Source of the DNA: a virus
DNA: 64,000 nucleotides
Direction: 5' to 3' (one strand)
IMG/VR virus record: IMGVR_UViG_3300042890_005556
Under the pieces are notes generated by a model that saw only the letters and a list, made by a program, of their open reading frames with translations, did not search any database and had not been told where the DNA came from. The position numbers and the translations under genes were made by a program. Shown one piece after another: positions 9,948-20,053 of the stretch; the stretch's first letter is position 1, and each line of letters starts with the position of its first letter.

Positions 9948-10242
9948 TGGCTGAATTCCTTATCTTATCCAAGTTTAATATCCGCGTGTTTTTCTTCTGC
10001 TCTTTTTCTGTCATTGTGAAAAGCAAAAATGACATTGTCGAGAAAATAATCGATATTCTCTCTTCTTCAGGCAACTTAGCGATCAGAGTGTTACTATCAC
10101 CCATTCGCTCTCCAGGTGCATAATTAGACACAACTCCGCACCAAGTCACGAACCAACCAGTCCATATCACAAAATCACCATACGCTGGGACGTAGTCTGA
10201 TATGTTCTTGTAAACAGCTAGTGAAACCTCTGTTTTAGGCAT
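9886..10242 (-). CDS. Hypothetical protein
   Basis: 118 aa ORF in coupled run. Confidence 0.55.
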   Translation of the reverse strand: MPKTEVSLAVYKNISDYVPAYGDFVIWTGWFVTWCGVVSNYAPGERMGDSNTLIAKLPEEERISIIFSTMSFLLFTMTEKEQKKNTRILNLDKIRNSANGVFAISQHDYVHNVTVWYI

Positions 10243-10663
10243 TATCTTCTCTCTTCAGCTGATGTTCGAAGATATTATAGACATATCTTCCAGATGGAAG
10301 TCTCCATACAATATCAAGCCCTACACGTGTCGCACCGAGAGCATTCTCTATATCATCGTCTATTGAATATCTCAAATTCTCTAGACCAGAAAGCCTAATA
10401 GGGGATACTACTTTGCCATTAATTCTGGTGGTCTCAGGTACTATGCTCTCTGTCTTTAGAAGATCCCTAATGTGCTCCATGCCTGCGAGAATGATCTGCC
10501 TCTGAGACTTAGACTCAGTCCCGACAGACAGTGATACATCCCCGAGCATAGCGTTTACAGTACTCTCTGGATTCTTCTTTAAATCATCTGGCGCAAAATT
10601 CTTTAATAAACCGACTATATCGTTCTTAGAATTGATTTTCGGTTTCTGAATCTGCTGTGTCAT
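10235..10663 (-). CDS. Hypothetical protein
   Basis: 142 aa ORF in coupled run. Confidence 0.55.
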   Translation of the reverse strand: MTQQIQKPKINSKNDIVGLLKNFAPDDLKKNPESTVNAMLGDVSLSVGTESKSQRQIILAGMEHIRDLLKTESIVPETTRINGKVVSPIRLSGLENLRYSIDDDIENALGATRVGLDIVWRLPSGRYVYNIFEHQLKREDNA

Positions 10664-11042
10664 AGGTATCTGCCATGTTGATTTTGCAAGATAAGTTCAC
10701 GTCGTATGTATGTACTCTGCCCCTCCGACAAAATTCGTAAATTATATGGAAAAAATTACTGAACCCATGCAAAGCGAGAATATTCAAAACAATATTATCA
10801 AAATACCGAGCTTCTTCAAAAAAACTGAAGAACATTGATATCCAAACACTGCAGCAATACCCACAAGATGTGACTTTATCGATGAATTTAAATATGCCCA
10901 TAAACTTCTTATCGTGACTATCTTCCGCATATAAATATGATCTGAGTCTATCTCTGAATATCATATCAGAAATAACAGAAGTGGTGATGAGCTCTACAGC
11001 GCGTTCTATAGCAAATGCAGATATCAGAAAATTTAGCATCAT
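10626..11042 (-). CDS. Membrane protein with CxxCxSVW motif (DUF1360-like)
   Basis: SCGYCCSVWIS flanked by hydrophobic helices. Confidence 0.55.
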   Translation of the reverse strand: MMLNFLISAFAIERAVELITTSVISDMIFRDRLRSYLYAEDSHDKKFMGIFKFIDKVTSCGYCCSVWISMFFSFFEEARYFDNIVLNILALHGFSNFFHIIYEFCRRGRVHTYDVNLSCKINMADTYDTADSETENQF

Positions 11043-11254
11043 TTTATTTTTCTACATTCATGATTTGTACACTGCTGCCTCTCCCGCCCGGAAATTATAA
11101 TTACCATCATAACGGACTCACATAAGCTGCAATATGATAACCTTTGCAAGTCGTCTTTAACAGCTTCTTTGTGAGTCCTAATGATCGGCTGTGGTTTATT
11201 CTCCCGATTAGAAGGAGAAGGACCTCTTCCGGCTGGTTTTCCACAACATGACAT
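11039..11254 (-). CDS. Small Cys-rich zinc-ribbon protein
   Basis: MSCCGK...CSLC...CTNHEC. Confidence 0.55.
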   Translation of the reverse strand: MSCCGKPAGRGPSPSNRENKPQPIIRTHKEAVKDDLQRLSYCSLCESVMMVIIISGRERQQCTNHECRKIK

Positions 11255-11415
11255 TATCTCTTGCCTGTTATATTGTACCCATGAATAGGTCTAGTATCTA
11301 GAGCCTGTGTCCGAACAGGCTGTCGCAGGTCTTTGACAATCACACGCTTCGGCGGTTGTTCCGGTCTATTAATTTTCTGTGCAGTGACTTTATTACCATT
11401 ACATCCACACGCCAT
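11254..11415 (-). CDS. Small basic protein (53 aa, not in ORF track)
   Basis: Manual translation MACGCNGNKVTAQKINRPEQPPKRVIVKDLRQPVRTQALDTRPIHGYNITGKR*; GGAGG RBS; TAATG overlap with next gene. Confidence 0.6.
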   Translation of the reverse strand: MACGCNGNKVTAQKINRPEQPPKRVIVKDLRQPVRTQALDTRPIHGYNITGKR

Positions 11416-11416
11416 G

Positions 11417-12034
11417 TTACACCTCCAAGAATAATGATGCCGGTTCTACAAACTCAGCAAAGTCTTTCCATCTAATAAAGCTTACATCAGGAAGTTCTAA
11501 ATCAACCTCGATGTAATTTTTCCTCTTAGTAGTGTGACTGATGTTCATCCGTACTGGATTCATAGTATATTTATACCTAAGCTGCGGTAATATGCCCTTT
11601 AGCCTTATAGACAATTCACCATCTATACTATCAGAAGGTATGACTATCCAATCCTGTGTTGTAGAGAATTTAAAAAACAACATCGGATGAATCTTACGGT
11701 TTAATACTTTTGTGAGAATCTCAGCATCATATGTCGCCTGGTGCCACCAAGTAGAAAACAGGTTTTTAGATGGATTACCAAGAATAGCATCAAAGCTAAA
11801 GCCTTTACCTGACTTAGCTTCGATGCTGAATTTAATATCACCGGTTACTGGTATCACATCTGCTGTGCTCTCACGCTCAACTACACTGAGGTCTCTTCCC
11901 TCTACTCTGCGTCGTCTGAACTGCACACCAGTGAATTCGCCTAACAGCGATGCTACCCGACGTTCGTATGTTTTACCTTTACGGACGTTCGATTTGCCAA
12001 TCTTAGATCTATCTGGCTCTACTTTGTCTACCAT
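11417..12034 (-). CDS. PD-(D/E)XK nuclease, Holliday junction resolvase-like
   Basis: RKGKTYERRVA...TADVI...FSIEAKSG. Confidence 0.75.
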   Translation of the reverse strand: MVDKVEPDRSKIGKSNVRKGKTYERRVASLLGEFTGVQFRRRRVEGRDLSVVERESTADVIPVTGDIKFSIEAKSGKGFSFDAILGNPSKNLFSTWWHQATYDAEILTKVLNRKIHPMLFFKFSTTQDWIVIPSDSIDGELSIRLKGILPQLRYKYTMNPVRMNISHTTKRKNYIEVDLELPDVSFIRWKDFAEFVEPASLFLEV

Positions 12035-12306
12035 TATGTGATCTTATATGTTATGACTATGGATTGATCTAGATGATACAATACATACCCATCATCCGCC
12101 TCTAAACCCAAATATGCCTTCAAATTCGGGTAATTAGCAGAATTAGGAACTGTGTTATCCGGTATGATTAGATGCTCTAGTCTAGTAGATCTCAAAACGT
12201 TCAACGCAGTGGTTGCATCAGTCTTGTCAATTCTAGCACCAGTAGCATCCACCGTGAATGGAGCAACCGTCACATAATGCAATAATGTAGCCATACTGTA
12301 CCTCAT
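12034..12306 (-). CDS. Hypothetical protein
   Basis: 90 aa ORF. Confidence 0.5.
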   Translation of the reverse strand: MRYSMATLLHYVTVAPFTVDATGARIDKTDATTALNVLRSTRLEHLIIPDNTVPNSANYPNLKAYLGLEADDGYVLYHLDQSIVITYKIT

Positions 12307-12332
12307 GCAGATTGGAAAAACTCATAATATAT

Positions 12333-13193
12333 TTATACAAGATTCTTTAATGGGAAAACCAAATCATTAAATTCATTCAGAAAACCATTAATCTTACAAT
12401 CCTGAGCTAATGACAAAATCGTCTGTCTATCAAAAGTTACCTGCTCAGCCAACTTCCTTCTAACATAAATCGTATTATTTAATATCTTCGGACACATGCT
12501 TAAGTCGATTAGCAGAAGATTCCTGTTATAAATGCTTTTATCATTTAGAGCTAAAAATTCAGCCAAAAGCTTATAATCATCAGCTAATTTAACGGCTTTC
12601 TTTGGTCCGATCCCACGATATCCTGGAATATTATCAGATTTATCACCCTGCAAAGCTTTAACCAATACAGGATTACTCACCGGCACCGCTATCTCTTTTT
12701 CTTTTCGTGGTTCAAAAAGTATGTTACTAGAATATCTGTAAGGTATCTGTATCATATCGCTGTCTGTCGAAATCACAACCGTCTTAGTCGGATGTAGAAC
12801 TGATACAGCAGAATAAATTAAATCATCGGCCTCCATAAACTTTCTCTGATATTGTCTAACTCCCATGAATTTAAACATCTCCTCGCAGACAGCAGTTAAC
12901 TTTTTTAAATCGTCAGATATATCCGTTACATAAGGGTTCTTATCTCTGTCTTTATATGTCGTAAGGATCTTCCTACGCCACACATCAGATCTTGGTGCAT
13001 CCCAAAACATATGTATAGACGAAGGACTGTAATTTCTGATCCATAAATTAAGCAAGCGCATGAATATAACAAAAGGGTGGACTGGATGTCCACCCCTCGT
13101 TTCTTCAGCCCTATGAGCATAAACTGCTCTATAAAGCGCATTCCTGACATCGACAAGCAGAGCTGGCCGAACCTGATCAATCATCGTCGTCAT
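12333..13193 (-). CDS. 5'-3' exonuclease / T4 RNase H-like flap nuclease
   Basis: LLVD..N, WRRK..TYK..R, EADD, STDSD, GDKSDNIPGYRGIGPKKA (H3TH). Confidence 0.9.
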   Translation of the reverse strand: MTTMIDQVRPALLVDVRNALYRAVYAHRAEETRGGHPVHPFVIFMRLLNLWIRNYSPSSIHMFWDAPRSDVWRRKILTTYKDRDKNPYVTDISDDLKKLTAVCEEMFKFMGVRQYQRKFMEADDLIYSAVSVLHPTKTVVISTDSDMIQIPYRYSSNILFEPRKEKEIAVPVSNPVLVKALQGDKSDNIPGYRGIGPKKAVKLADDYKLLAEFLALNDKSIYNRNLLLIDLSMCPKILNNTIYVRRKLAEQVTFDRQTILSLAQDCKINGFLNEFNDLVFPLKNLV

Positions 13194-14235
13194 CCAGTTG
13201 GTCGAGCAGGGATTTTACATCGTCGTCATCATCGTCTTCTTCTTCGATGATTGGAGCTGGCTTTGGTTTAGCCTTTTGCTCTTCGACTTTGGCAGCTTTC
13301 TTAGGAGGAGTGACTGGAGTGTCGTCTTCGTCTTCCTCAACAATAGGAGCCTTAGCTGGCTTGGCTGGCTTCCGAACTGGTTCTTCTTCTTCATCACTAT
13401 CGAAGCCAGAAGAATTTGCCATTTGAGGTTTAGTCTCCTCAGCATCATCTCCATAGATTAGAGTGTTGCTGAGTTTTTTGATCTTTTCGCGATCTGGTGA
13501 CTCAAGTCTATCCCAAATATTAATTCTTTGGGATAATAGTTGAGTGATCATTTTAGTATTGGGGGTCCCATCTTCATTTTTAGCGATTGGGACCGGCTTT
13601 TTGTCATTACCGACACTGAACTTGCTGGTCTTATAACCATTCGTCTTACCGTTCATCTGAACTTGTAATTCAAACAGCCATGCGGAATTCTCATCAAAGA
13701 ACACGCCGTACGGTTCCAGCTCTTCATCTGGATCAATCACATCCGGAGCATCACGATTGATACAAGCAGTCCACATATCAAACAGCGTCTTAGGGGCCTT
13801 ATAATACATGATGCGCCCACGTAGCTCTTCCGGATTCGCCTTAACGTTTGGGAAGAAGATATTGACTACATAGCTCGAATTAGGGAGCCAGTCAGTTCTG
13901 ATCTTCTGACGCTCAGTGTCTCCCAAGCTCTTGTCGCGGAGTAGTTTAAGACCAAAATCACATAGAGCGCATTCTGAACCATCATAAACACGTGGGCAAG
14001 CGTGAGGATGGTTCTGAACCCAGTGTTGACCATAGTTCACGAAGAACAGGTCCATTGATTTTTCTACGATACCAGCTTTGAGCTTATCACCTTCCAGAAG
14101 GCCAGGTAGAACGTAGAACCTATATTTCAAGGTTTCTCCTGGCTTTGCTTTGGCTGGTCTGAATTCGTCTGGGTCAGACTTGCTGCCACCGAATTCTTTT
14201 AGTTTCTTCTTAATCGCGTTCAGATCATATGACAT
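13177..14235 (-). CDS. Single-stranded DNA-binding protein, gp32-like
   Basis: HACP..C.LC zinc site, long acidic C-terminal tail, position in replication block. Confidence 0.7.
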   Translation of the reverse strand: MSYDLNAIKKKLKEFGGSKSDPDEFRPAKAKPGETLKYRFYVLPGLLEGDKLKAGIVEKSMDLFFVNYGQHWVQNHPHACPRVYDGSECALCDFGLKLLRDKSLGDTERQKIRTDWLPNSSYVVNIFFPNVKANPEELRGRIMYYKAPKTLFDMWTACINRDAPDVIDPDEELEPYGVFFDENSAWLFELQVQMNGKTNGYKTSKFSVGNDKKPVPIAKNEDGTPNTKMITQLLSQRINIWDRLESPDREKIKKLSNTLIYGDDAEETKPQMANSSGFDSDEEEEPVRKPAKPAKAPIVEEDEDDTPVTPPKKAAKVEEQKAKPKPAPIIEEEDDDDDDVKSLLDQLDDDDD

Positions 14236-14262
14236 TGCGTAGGTCCCTTTGGGAAAAGTGCA

Positions 14263-14817
14263 TTAGCTTCGTTCTTGTTCTTGCCTTTTGAAGCCCGCTA
14301 GACTGCGGGCTAATTCTGCTTTAATTCGGAGCGCCTCTATCGTGTGGTAAATCTTACCACATGTCATCTGCGCCTTCTCATATTTTAACTCCGCATCTCT
14401 TATCTCAGAGTCTGCTTCAGCTATGGCTTTGACCTGCTCAACGGTCAATCTGACCTTGGCAATCGAAGCCTCTGAAGTAATCCTCTCTATCACCCTCCCT
14501 TTTCTAGCCTTTAGCTTCCTCTCGGCAACAGCAACCGCAAGCTTCAATTCAGAGTATATCGCAGCCCAATAGGCATATTGAGCTGGAAGCCTCATCATCT
14601 GGTCTTCAAGCATGTCGTAATCAAGATCTAAATCTGGCAACATATCGACCTCAATAGTCTTATATGTTAACTTGCCAGTTTCTTCACTCTTAGACTCAAC
14701 GACCTGAAGCTGAACCATGAACTTAAACAAAGTAGAATTAGCCAGTTCTGCTGGTAAATTCTCTTCGATCCAGATCGGACGCTTTGATTTATTCTGCTTC
14801 GCCATTATTGTCTCCAC
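14263..14817 (-). CDS. Recombination mediator UvsY-like helical protein
   Basis: Coiled-coil pattern 'LTVEQVKAIAEADSEI', adjacent to SSB. Confidence 0.55.
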   Translation of the reverse strand: METIMAKQNKSKRPIWIEENLPAELANSTLFKFMVQLQVVESKSEETGKLTYKTIEVDMLPDLDLDYDMLEDQMMRLPAQYAYWAAIYSELKLAVAVAERKLKARKGRVIERITSEASIAKVRLTVEQVKAIAEADSEIRDAELKYEKAQMTCGKIYHTIEALRIKAELARSLAGFKRQEQERS

Positions 14818-14847
14818 GTCTTAAATACACAGTTAAAGGATATAACA

Positions 14848-16053
14848 TTATGCGCTATAAAAATCTTTAAAATGGCGATAGGCACGCCATTTCTTACCGA
14901 TAGAAACCTTCACCGGAAAAATGTATTCCTCCTCAAGCACCCCATCAAACGGTCTCAACATAATATCACAGACCTGCCTAATGGTACTATTAACCTCAGC
15001 CTTATCTGGAGGAGAAGCGACCACAATTGAGTCATGAATGTCACATACGATTCTTGAGCCCATCTTCTCCCATATCTTCCTAATAGCTATATGCATCGCG
15101 TGAGCCACAGATCCCTGCATAACACCATTAAACGACGACAACCGATTCTTCTCATCTGTAACAATGAACTTTCTTCCAAGAACAGTACTCATAGAATCCC
15201 TAGCAGAAAGACGCATGATCCAATCACCAAGATCAGGATAAGCTTTATCGAAAACAATGCTGTTGTAATCCAAAGAATTGATGCATCGCAAAAGAATTAG
15301 CTTACATTCATCACGAGAAAAAGTCTGATCCAATTCTTTCTGCTTACTAGCATCATTAAGGATAGACGCGAGCTTGGTGTACGGATCAGAATCGACGAAG
15401 GCAGATGTCAAAGCTTTATCATTAGACAACATAGAAGCCACCCTAATATCAGCACAAATCCAGTCGAAATGAATCAGTACATCATTCTCCGAGCCATAGA
15501 TAGTAGTCACATGATCCTTAGTGGAGAGACCCTGGATATTGAACTCAAGGCTCTTGCTCCTGCCAGTATGTGTTCTCTGACTCCATATAGGCTGGATATG
15601 GGTATAATTATACAGCAACCCGCTATTCTCTAAGTCCGCGTATACTATCGAAGAATTAGCTAGGTATTTCTGGTAAACATTGACTTTATGTTTAGCCATT
15701 TCTTCGAATATCTCTTCGGCATACCTTTCATCAGATCTAACACAATCATCACTGTCTTTCCTGGCCATATGAAAATCGAAAACATTATATTCGCGATAGT
15801 CTATCGGTAAATCGAGTACGGTGATTAGATCTCTAAAATCTTGGCAAACTATCTCGAAATTCTTGTCATTTAATTTTAGGAAACACTCTCTAGCTTTGAG
15901 TGTTTCCTTCTTAATTTGCTTGATAGTTTTTAGTGAGCCTTCTCTATAAAGATCGAATTTATATGTCTTGCCATCTATGAGGAATGATATAAATCTCGGC
16001 AGTTTCTTGTTTTTATCTCTATTGAAGATAACTGCTATATATGCTCTTCGCAC
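14848..16053 (-). CDS. Short family-A DNA polymerase-like protein (degenerate motif B, no exonuclease)
   Basis: TGRSKS..NIQ; motif A HFDWICADIRV; NGVMQGSVA; motif C IHDSIV; FPVKVSIGKKW. Confidence 0.8.
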   Translation of the reverse strand: MRRAYIAVIFNRDKNKKLPRFISFLIDGKTYKFDLYREGSLKTIKQIKKETLKARECFLKLNDKNFEIVCQDFRDLITVLDLPIDYREYNVFDFHMARKDSDDCVRSDERYAEEIFEEMAKHKVNVYQKYLANSSIVYADLENSGLLYNYTHIQPIWSQRTHTGRSKSLEFNIQGLSTKDHVTTIYGSENDVLIHFDWICADIRVASMLSNDKALTSAFVDSDPYTKLASILNDASKQKELDQTFSRDECKLILLRCINSLDYNSIVFDKAYPDLGDWIMRLSARDSMSTVLGRKFIVTDEKNRLSSFNGVMQGSVAHAMHIAIRKIWEKMGSRIVCDIHDSIVVASPPDKAEVNSTIRQVCDIMLRPFDGVLEEEYIFPVKVSIGKKWRAYRHFKDFYSA

Positions 16054-16090
16054 TATCGTACCTCATATTTCCTCTTTCTATAAAACATGA

Positions 16091-16546
16091 TCAGCTTGTT
16101 ATACCCTTATTCACGGCCTGAGCCACATCAGCTTGTGTTACCTTCGGCCCAAAATATTGGGTACGAGGGTCAGTCTTACCTTTCTTAGCTAATGACTCCT
16201 TGATTTGCTGGGTCTCTCCCGGTTGTCTATGCTCTTTGAACGGGTCATTATTCATGAGAGTATAAGTGTGCATATCTCTATGCACACCGTTCTTGTCAAG
16301 CCAACCATATCCACGAACGTATGTTGTAAAATTATGACCATATAGTGTCTTCTCGACATCTGTTGATTTGCATCGAGGGCATACACATGCTGCATCTCTA
16401 TCTCTTTGAGTCGGATTCATAGAATGCGATGTTTCAAATAGAACATATGATTCATAGTTATCATCGGATGATTCTACATCACCAGACTCTACCTGATTCA
16501 TATAAGACTGTGAGCATGGAAGACACTTATAGATATAATTCGGCAT
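16091..16546 (-). CDS. FmdB-like zinc-ribbon protein
   Basis: MPNYIYKCxxC...CPRC. Confidence 0.65.
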   Translation of the reverse strand: MPNYIYKCLPCSQSYMNQVESGDVESSDDNYESYVLFETSHSMNPTQRDRDAACVCPRCKSTDVEKTLYGHNFTTYVRGYGWLDKNGVHRDMHTYTLMNNDPFKEHRQPGETQQIKESLAKKGKTDPRTQYFGPKVTQADVAQAVNKGITS

Positions 16547-16547
16547 T

Positions 16548-16946
16548 TCACACCAGTTCGATTTTGATAGATCTGAGCTTCATCAAGAAATTTCTTTCCG
16601 ACATAAGAATGATACGCTCACCCTTATAAAAACCACCTTCAGTATTAATAATGTGCATATTAGCCCTATCTGGGAATAACACCACATCACCAATTGAAAT
16701 CTGTGTTACGTTAGGCCCAACACCAACGACCACACCTTCATTCTTATACTTATCACGATCGGTCAACATGATAGATGATGCTTCCGCTTCCTGCCAAAGC
16801 GCAACCATCTCATTAAGAGGGTATAACTGTTTGATAGCCCTCTCATCGCCATGCACCGCAGGCATTTCTGCATTAGTATACGCAGATGGTCCACTAACAG
16901 TAGCCACAGTAGATTCAGAAGCAAGCTTATCGGACTTAGGTATCAT
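16548..16946 (-). CDS. Co-chaperonin GroES-like protein
   Basis: LYPLNEMV...EGVVVGVGP...IGDVVLF...IILMSE. Confidence 0.75.
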   Translation of the reverse strand: MIPKSDKLASESTVATVSGPSAYTNAEMPAVHGDERAIKQLYPLNEMVALWQEAEASSIMLTDRDKYKNEGVVVGVGPNVTQISIGDVVLFPDRANMHIINTEGGFYKGERIILMSERNFLMKLRSIKIELV

Positions 16947-16964
16947 AGTATCCTCCTAACCTAA

Positions 16965-18299
16965 TTACACTTCCCTAACGACCATGCAATCATATTGAAT
17001 CTCACAATTAATCGAGACAAGCTTAGGACCATTTCTATTCTTAGCCACATACATAGTAATCCGAGGTGGCTGTGCCTGCCTGTCAGCCTCAGACTGATTT
17101 AAACTGACAACGTAGTCAAGAGAGAATTGCTTTGCGAAACTCTCGGACGCCTTAGTAACATCAATCATACTATCACTACCAGCACCACTACGATTAGTCT
17201 GAGTAGCAGTGAATACCAAAACATTCTCATTTTTAGCCAAACCACGAATCTCGTTAGCAACGTGCTTCTGCTGAGAATAATCATCCTTGTTATAGTTAGC
17301 ATTCCTACTAATCATAAGATCCATATAGTCAAGAATCACTACATCGGGCTTCCAGCCCTCTTGACGTTTTAAACTATCCATCAAAGCATAGACGTGTGCA
17401 ACACTACATTCATCAGGTGGCATCTCGTGGATTAATAACCTCTTGTTATAAGTCTGTTTTGTGCTGGTCATTACTCTACGAACAAGCTCTTGGTGGTGAT
17501 GAATGTCATCTAATCGGACACCAGTAAGCGTCCCCACAGCCCGCAGAGCAGTCTTTAAAACATCCATCTCGAAAGTAATGAATAGGACATCCTGACCCGT
17601 TTTGCCGTTGGATGTGTGTCCTCTTAAAGAACTGATTGCATTGTTGACTAGAAACACAGATTTCCCGACGTTTGTCGGAGCCAGCCAGCACACCACTTCT
17701 TTAGGCGAAGGACCGCCATTGTTCAAAATATGGTCTAACCTTTGAAACCCTGTGGTCCTGTGCTCGATAGCATCAGGCTCGAATAGTAATTCGAAATTCT
17801 CTAAGAACCAGAATCCCTTGTCGCCGACATCAGCAATCCTGTTGGCTTCGTTGACGATTTTCTCGATATACTCAAAGTTTTCGCTGTTATATGCTTCAAT
17901 CGCTTCCTCGCTGTAAAGCATACCGAATGCCCTCACCTTTGCCCACTTAAGAAGCGTATCCTTTATTAAAGGTATGTCTCGCGGATTGCTTTTCTTTTCT
18001 ATGATCGGCAAAATGATGTCAAACGGGTCGCTAGACGTCAGAGTAGATTCAATGACATCTTTTAAAATAGCTCTGGTAGGAACTACATTATATTTCTCAT
18101 ATAAGTTCAAGATCGTGGCAATGACATAACGACATTCCATCCTCTTAAACATGTCAGGTTTTAGAAATCTTATCACCCCGGTGATGAATTCAGGATGATC
18201 TAGTGATAACGCTATTATAGCTTCTTCTTGATACGGGCCAAACGGTTTGCTAGCGTTATCTTCTTGATCTAGATTGCTCAATATATCCAGCGTGCTCAT
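16965..18299 (-). CDS. Replicative DnaB/gp41-like helicase
   Basis: Walker A APTNVGKS, ITFEM, ILDYMDL, TATQTNR, KNRNG; start set at MSTLD (ATGA overlap). Confidence 0.9.
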   Translation of the reverse strand: MSTLDILSNLDQEDNASKPFGPYQEEAIIALSLDHPEFITGVIRFLKPDMFKRMECRYVIATILNLYEKYNVVPTRAILKDVIESTLTSSDPFDIILPIIEKKSNPRDIPLIKDTLLKWAKVRAFGMLYSEEAIEAYNSENFEYIEKIVNEANRIADVGDKGFWFLENFELLFEPDAIEHRTTGFQRLDHILNNGGPSPKEVVCWLAPTNVGKSVFLVNNAISSLRGHTSNGKTGQDVLFITFEMDVLKTALRAVGTLTGVRLDDIHHHQELVRRVMTSTKQTYNKRLLIHEMPPDECSVAHVYALMDSLKRQEGWKPDVVILDYMDLMISRNANYNKDDYSQQKHVANEIRGLAKNENVLVFTATQTNRSGAGSDSMIDVTKASESFAKQFSLDYVVSLNQSEADRQAQPPRITMYVAKNRNGPKLVSINCEIQYDCMVVREV

Positions 18300-18610
18300 G
18301 TGCAATATTTCTGCTTCTTGGTCTGTATAGCAAGTAGAACCGCTTGTGCTCTCATCTCCGCAAGAGTCAACGCCGCGCATTGATCTATCATCTCATCTTC
18401 TGTGAAATACAACACAGCACCATTAATGAGAGATGTCCTGTCGCCATATAGTGATGGGGCCAATGGCTGACTTGCAGACGCTTGAATTGTATAAACCCAA
18501 ACATTATTGATGAACGACATTGACGATACTTTTACTGGCTCTAGGAAACCAAGAGCTGCAGACTCGCGAAGGTAAACGACATCACCTGGATTGTATTTTG
18601 GGCCTGTCAT
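18296..18610 (-). CDS. Hypothetical protein
   Basis: 104 aa ORF coupled to recA and helicase. Confidence 0.6.
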   Translation of the reverse strand: MTGPKYNPGDVVYLRESAALGFLEPVKVSSMSFINNVWVYTIQASASQPLAPSLYGDRTSLINGAVLYFTEDEMIDQCAALTLAEMRAQAVLLAIQTKKQKYCT

Positions 18611-19740
18611 TCTGAACCTCCATCAAGGATTCCATCATCTAAACCATCTTCATCTAATGTTTCTTCGATATTAATAGCGAAGTTTTGACGTTTCTGTATA
18701 TCGCCAAACATCGCTTTATACGTTCGATCTTTAATCTCATTCATAATGGCTTCATTAGAACGGACATTTTGAATAGTATTATTGATGCCATTACCAACGT
18801 GGGTTTCCCCAAAATAGTAGTTGCTTCCACGTTTAGTAAAGACTTTTGCTACCTTCTCTGATATCTCAATCAGGCTAGCTACTTCGTCGATACCGAATAT
18901 CGGTCTAACATCTTTTCCTACGCATATATCGTATTCAGCTTCCAGAAATGGCGCTGCGACCTTGTTTTTTACGACCTTCGATCTAGTCCTAAATGCGATT
19001 ATATCGTCTTTATCTTTAATGGGCGCGACCTTTTTGATTTCCATGCGAATTGAAGCATAGAATTTTAGAGCACGACCTCCAGGCGTATGCTCAGGATTAC
19101 CAAACATTTGACCGACTTTTTCACGCAACTGATTGATGAAGATAATGGTAGTTTTGGTATTATTGCATTTTCCTCTGATCTTTCCGAGACCTTTGCCCAT
19201 CAGCTGAGCTAAGGCACCCATATTAGCGTCACTTATATCACCCTCAAGAATAGATCTCGGCACTAAAGCAGCAACAGAATCGACGACCACTAGATCCACA
19301 AGCCCAGAATCAACGATGCGTTCAATGATTTGGAAGCCTTCTTCGCCACTATCCGGCTGCGAAATTATAAGGTTATCCGTGTTGACACCTATCTTTTTAG
19401 CCCATTGGATATCAAGGGCATGCTCAGCATCTATAAAGGCTACAACGCCGTTTCTTTTTTTATCTTTAAAATAGTAGTTTTGGCATGCTTTCGTAATTTG
19501 TAAGCATGTGGTGGTTTTACCACCTGACTCTGGGCCATATATTTCTATTATTCTACCTAGTGGTAGCCCACCGCATCCTAACGCATAATCTATTGATGCA
19601 ACTTGCGTTGAGAACACTTGTACGTTGACTATTGATCCGTTTCCCTGTGCAATAGAGCCACTTCCAAAGTCTTTTTCAATTGATTGCAGCAAATCATTTA
19701 GATTTGTGCTCTTTATTATCGTCTTCTTTTCCTTGGCCAT
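18607..19740 (-). CDS. recA: Recombinase RecA
   Basis: GGLPLGRIIEIYGPESGGKTT, FIDAEHALD, VDSVAAL, FINQLREK, PGGRALKFYASIR, KNKVAAPF. Confidence 0.95.
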   Translation of the reverse strand: MAKEKKTIIKSTNLNDLLQSIEKDFGSGSIAQGNGSIVNVQVFSTQVASIDYALGCGGLPLGRIIEIYGPESGGKTTTCLQITKACQNYYFKDKKRNGVVAFIDAEHALDIQWAKKIGVNTDNLIISQPDSGEEGFQIIERIVDSGLVDLVVVDSVAALVPRSILEGDISDANMGALAQLMGKGLGKIRGKCNNTKTTIIFINQLREKVGQMFGNPEHTPGGRALKFYASIRMEIKKVAPIKDKDDIIAFRTRSKVVKNKVAAPFLEAEYDICVGKDVRPIFGIDEVASLIEISEKVAKVFTKRGSNYYFGETHVGNGINNTIQNVRSNEAIMNEIKDRTYKAMFGDIQKRQNFAINIEETLDEDGLDDGILDGGSE

Positions 19741-20053
19741 CTCTTAGGTTTCCTAGCATTGAGTATATTTGTGACATAGTTTTGTCATAGTCCAAGACCT
19801 TTAACACATCTTTTGCTGGTAATCGTATTGTTATGGGACCTTTGGTCAATACAAGATCGTGTTCCACAACTCCAGCTACCAGCCAATCACCATCTGTTGT
19901 GGGCTTGTCTATAGGGGATGAAATATAAGATAGGTTCTTAATAGTAAGTAACCTGACTCTATCAAGTCTTCCTATACGTTCTAGTGACTCTTGTGCCATG
20001 GCAAATTTATCTTTAGATGGAGGGTTCAATGCCGATGAGCAGTAAACTGACAA
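19694..20053 (-). CDS. Hypothetical protein
   Basis: ORF; true start probably the internal MAQES. Confidence 0.5.
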   Translation of the reverse strand: MSVYCSSALNPPSKDKFAMAQESLERIGRLDRVRLLTIKNLSYISSPIDKPTTDGDWLVAGVVEHDLVLTKGPITIRLPAKDVLKVLDYDKTMSQIYSMLGNLRDGQGKEDDNKEHKSK

